Positions 61,611-64,000 of a stretch of DNA of 64,000 nucleotides are shown here, one piece after another. Numbering within the stretch: position 1 is the stretch's first letter; each line of letters opens with the position of its first letter. A program made the translations under genes and the position numbers. The stretch is from Zootoca vivipara (lineage: Eukaryota): contig NC_083288.1 in assembly GCF_963506605.1 (NCBI RefSeq), positions 42,594,001 to 42,658,000 of the forward strand. Reading direction: 5' to 3'. A model generated the notes under the pieces. It was not told the DNA's origin. It was given only the letters and a program-made list of their open reading frames with translations, and searched no databases.

Positions 61611-62145
61611 ATTATGTATACCCCACCCATCTGGCTGGGTTTCCCCAGCCACTCAGGGTGGTTTCCAACAGAAGTATTAAAATAAAAATCATTTATTAAA
61701 CATTAAAAGCTTCCCTAAACAGGGCTGCCTTCAGATGTCCTCTAAAAGTCTGGTAGTTGTTTTTCTCTTTGACATCTGGTGGGAGGGCGTTCCACAGGGC
61801 GGGTGCCACTACCGAGAAGGCCCTCTGCCTGGTTCCCTGCAACTTGGCTTCTTGTAGTGAGGGAACCGCCAGAAGGCCCTCAGCACTGGACCTCAGTGTC
61901 CGGGCAGAACGATGGGGGTGGAGACGCTTCTTCAGGTATACTGGACCGAGGCCGTTTAGGGTTTTAAAGGTCAGCACCATACACTTTGAATTGTGCTTGG
62001 AAACGTACTGGGAGCCAATGTAGGTCTCAGCGGCTGCTCCCAGTCACCAGTCTAGCTGCCACATTCTGGATTAGTTATAGTTTCCGGGTCACCTTCAAAG
62101 GTAGCCCCACATAGAGCGCCTTGCAGTAGTCCAAGCGAGAGATAG
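61611..62145 (-). mobile_element. L2-type LINE 3' fragment (its tail at 61022-61090 is separated by the LTR)
   Basis: ORF 61696-61980, same family as 5744-6150. Confidence 0.8.
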
Positions 62146-62793
62146 ATTTGTAAAAGGAATTAAGGCAATTTATGCAGAGCAAACCGCAAGTTTGATTGTA
62201 AATAATACAGTGGCTGAAAAATGTAAAATTTCAAAGGGAACAAGAGAAGGGTATCCCCTGTTACCTCTCTTATTTATATTAGCCTTAGAGGTGTTGGCAA
62301 GAAAAATAAGAAACAAACCAAACGTAAAAGGGATACGGGTGGGCCAACAGAGTTTCAAATTAAAAGCCTTTGCTGATGATATAGTGTTGTCAGTAGAGGG
62401 GCTGCTGTTAAGTGTACCCAAGGTGTTGGAAGAAATCAGAAAATATGGAGAAGTGGCAAGGTTTAAAATAAATTGAAATAAATCTAAGGTTATTGTTAAA
62501 AATATGGATGCAAAGGGGGGAATTGCAGCTACTCAGTGGGCTGACAATTTTTTAAATGGTAAAATATTTAGGGGTTTGGTTAATAGTAAAACAAAAAACA
62601 AAAACACCAATATATTTCAAGATAGTTATGTTAAAACCTGGAATGAAATTAAGAAAAATCTTGAGATATGTGGAAGATTGACACTCTCTTTATTGGGGAG
62701 GATTTTGGTTATAAAGATGAATCTGCTGCCAAAAAACTTTTGTGTGTGTGTGTGTGTTTCAAACCACTCCATCAGTCAGCAGAACGACATATA

Positions 62794-63066
62794 CAGTGGT
62801 ACCTCAACTTACGAACGACTTGACAACTGAATTTTCCAACTTACGAATGGGGGTAATGGCCACGCACTTACGGATGTCTCGACATCCAGAAAAAAACTGT
62901 GGCGGTTTTAGATAGGGATTTTCCGAATTTTTAGATAGGGTTGCTTCGACTTACGATTTTTTCCGTTTCCAATGCATTCCTATGGGAAATCGCGTTTCCA
63001 ATGGCGTTTTTCGATTTACGAAGGTGCCTTCGGAACGGATTAAATTCGTAAGTCGAGGCACCACTG
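62794..63066. mobile_element. Tc1/mariner MITE (same family as 4145-4412)
   Basis: TA-flanked TIRs. Confidence 0.85.
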
Positions 63067-63854
63067 TACCTCGATACCTATTCAATATAACATGACGATG
63101 CCAAATTGAATATGATAATGAACAACATAGTTGTATCAATTCTTTATTCATCTAAGTAGCTCTCTGTGTCCAGTTCAGGCCTCATAAAATATCATAAAAT
63201 ATTTTGGGGAACATATGCAACCAAGTAACCCAGCACTGAAAAGCAAGACCTCCACAGAAGCTATATTAACTTTTGTGGTGGTCATGCAAAAAGGTTAAAA
63301 ACTTATCTCAGCTGCATAAATGGTGTATCATCAGAGAAGGAGGGAAGAATGGCAGGCAAAGTTTATAGAATAAATAGAAATGGCAAGAGTGAAAAACAGA
63401 AAAAGAGATCAGGATGGTTGGTTATGCTTTATGGAACATTTAGAGACATATTGTAAACATATTAAGAAGTTAACAGTAACAGAATAAATGTAGCAGTAAA
63501 AACAAAAATTGAGATATGAAGATGAGGAAAAAAGATACAGGGAGAAATTAGAATATGCAGTGGGAAAGAATGTAATAAAATGCATGATGGAAGGGGCGAA
63601 GGGGAGTCAATATTAAATATGTATTTCTTTTATTTGAAATGTTATTGTTTTAGTGGAAAATGAAAATAAAATTTGAAAAATAAAAATGCAAAAGTAACAT
63701 AGTTCCCATTTCTGACTAAAATATGATTAGGTGGCTATCAATTGAATGGGATAATAACCAACATGGCTGCAAATACCCCATTGCTTTATCAAAGCTCATC
63801 TAAAATGGAAAAGAGCTATTTAAGGTGGATATGGGCTACAGAATGTTAGGTTTG

Positions 63855-64000
63855 TCAATCCTTTCTTCTTAGTTGCTCCCTACTGTTCAGCTGAGGCCTC
63901 ATCAGAATAACAAAACATTTTGGGGAAAATATACAACCTAGTAAACCAGCACTGGAGGCTAAGATGGAGAATATCTCCACAGCCACCATATATTTTCCTC
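63855..64000 (-). CDS. 3' end of exon 6 of a further V2R (V2R-D), continuing beyond the window
   Basis: [47 protein letters not shown]. Confidence 0.85.
   Translation of the reverse strand, partial: GKYMVAVEIFSILASSAGLLGCIFSPKCFVILMRPQLNSREQLRRKD

Larger units (their letters stand above)
60200..62790 (+). mobile_element. Degraded L1/Tx1-clade LINE ORF2 interrupted by a MITE, an L2 and an LTR
   Basis: PESWENAYITLV, FLDAVKTFD, KGTREGYPLLPLLF, AFADDIV, LSLLGRILVIKMN. Confidence 0.8.

Overview
Vertebrate (squamate reptile, probably lacertid lizard, judged from Sauria SINEs and the repeat set) genomic DNA spanning the junction between an olfactory receptor (OR) cluster and a vomeronasal type-2 receptor (V2R) cluster. 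1-28.3 kb holds five class II ORs on the + strand. 31.3-64 kb holds one intact six-exon V2R (-), two V2R pseudogenes (+) and the 3' end of a fourth V2R (-) running off the window. The region is dense in repeats: CR1, L2, L1-like LINEs, Sauria SINE, hAT and Tc1/mariner MITEs, two Helitron-like elements and a solo LTR. The standout observation is a 1.1 kb non-autonomous hAT (Buster/Charlie-type) element with intact TIRs and an 8-bp TSD that carries the CpG-rich 5' region, complete first coding exon and splice donor of OSBPL10, inserted in a V2R intron. A cargo-free sister element lies 10 kb away, so this looks like a Pack-TYPE gene-capturing hAT. Also notable: one OR has lost its normal ATG but has a phase-compatible candidate upstream coding exon, and conserved O/E(EBF) and homeodomain motifs lie upstream of the ORs and V2Rs. 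All coordinates were read by eye; exon boundaries were checked for GT-AG and phase, while repeat boundaries are approximate.
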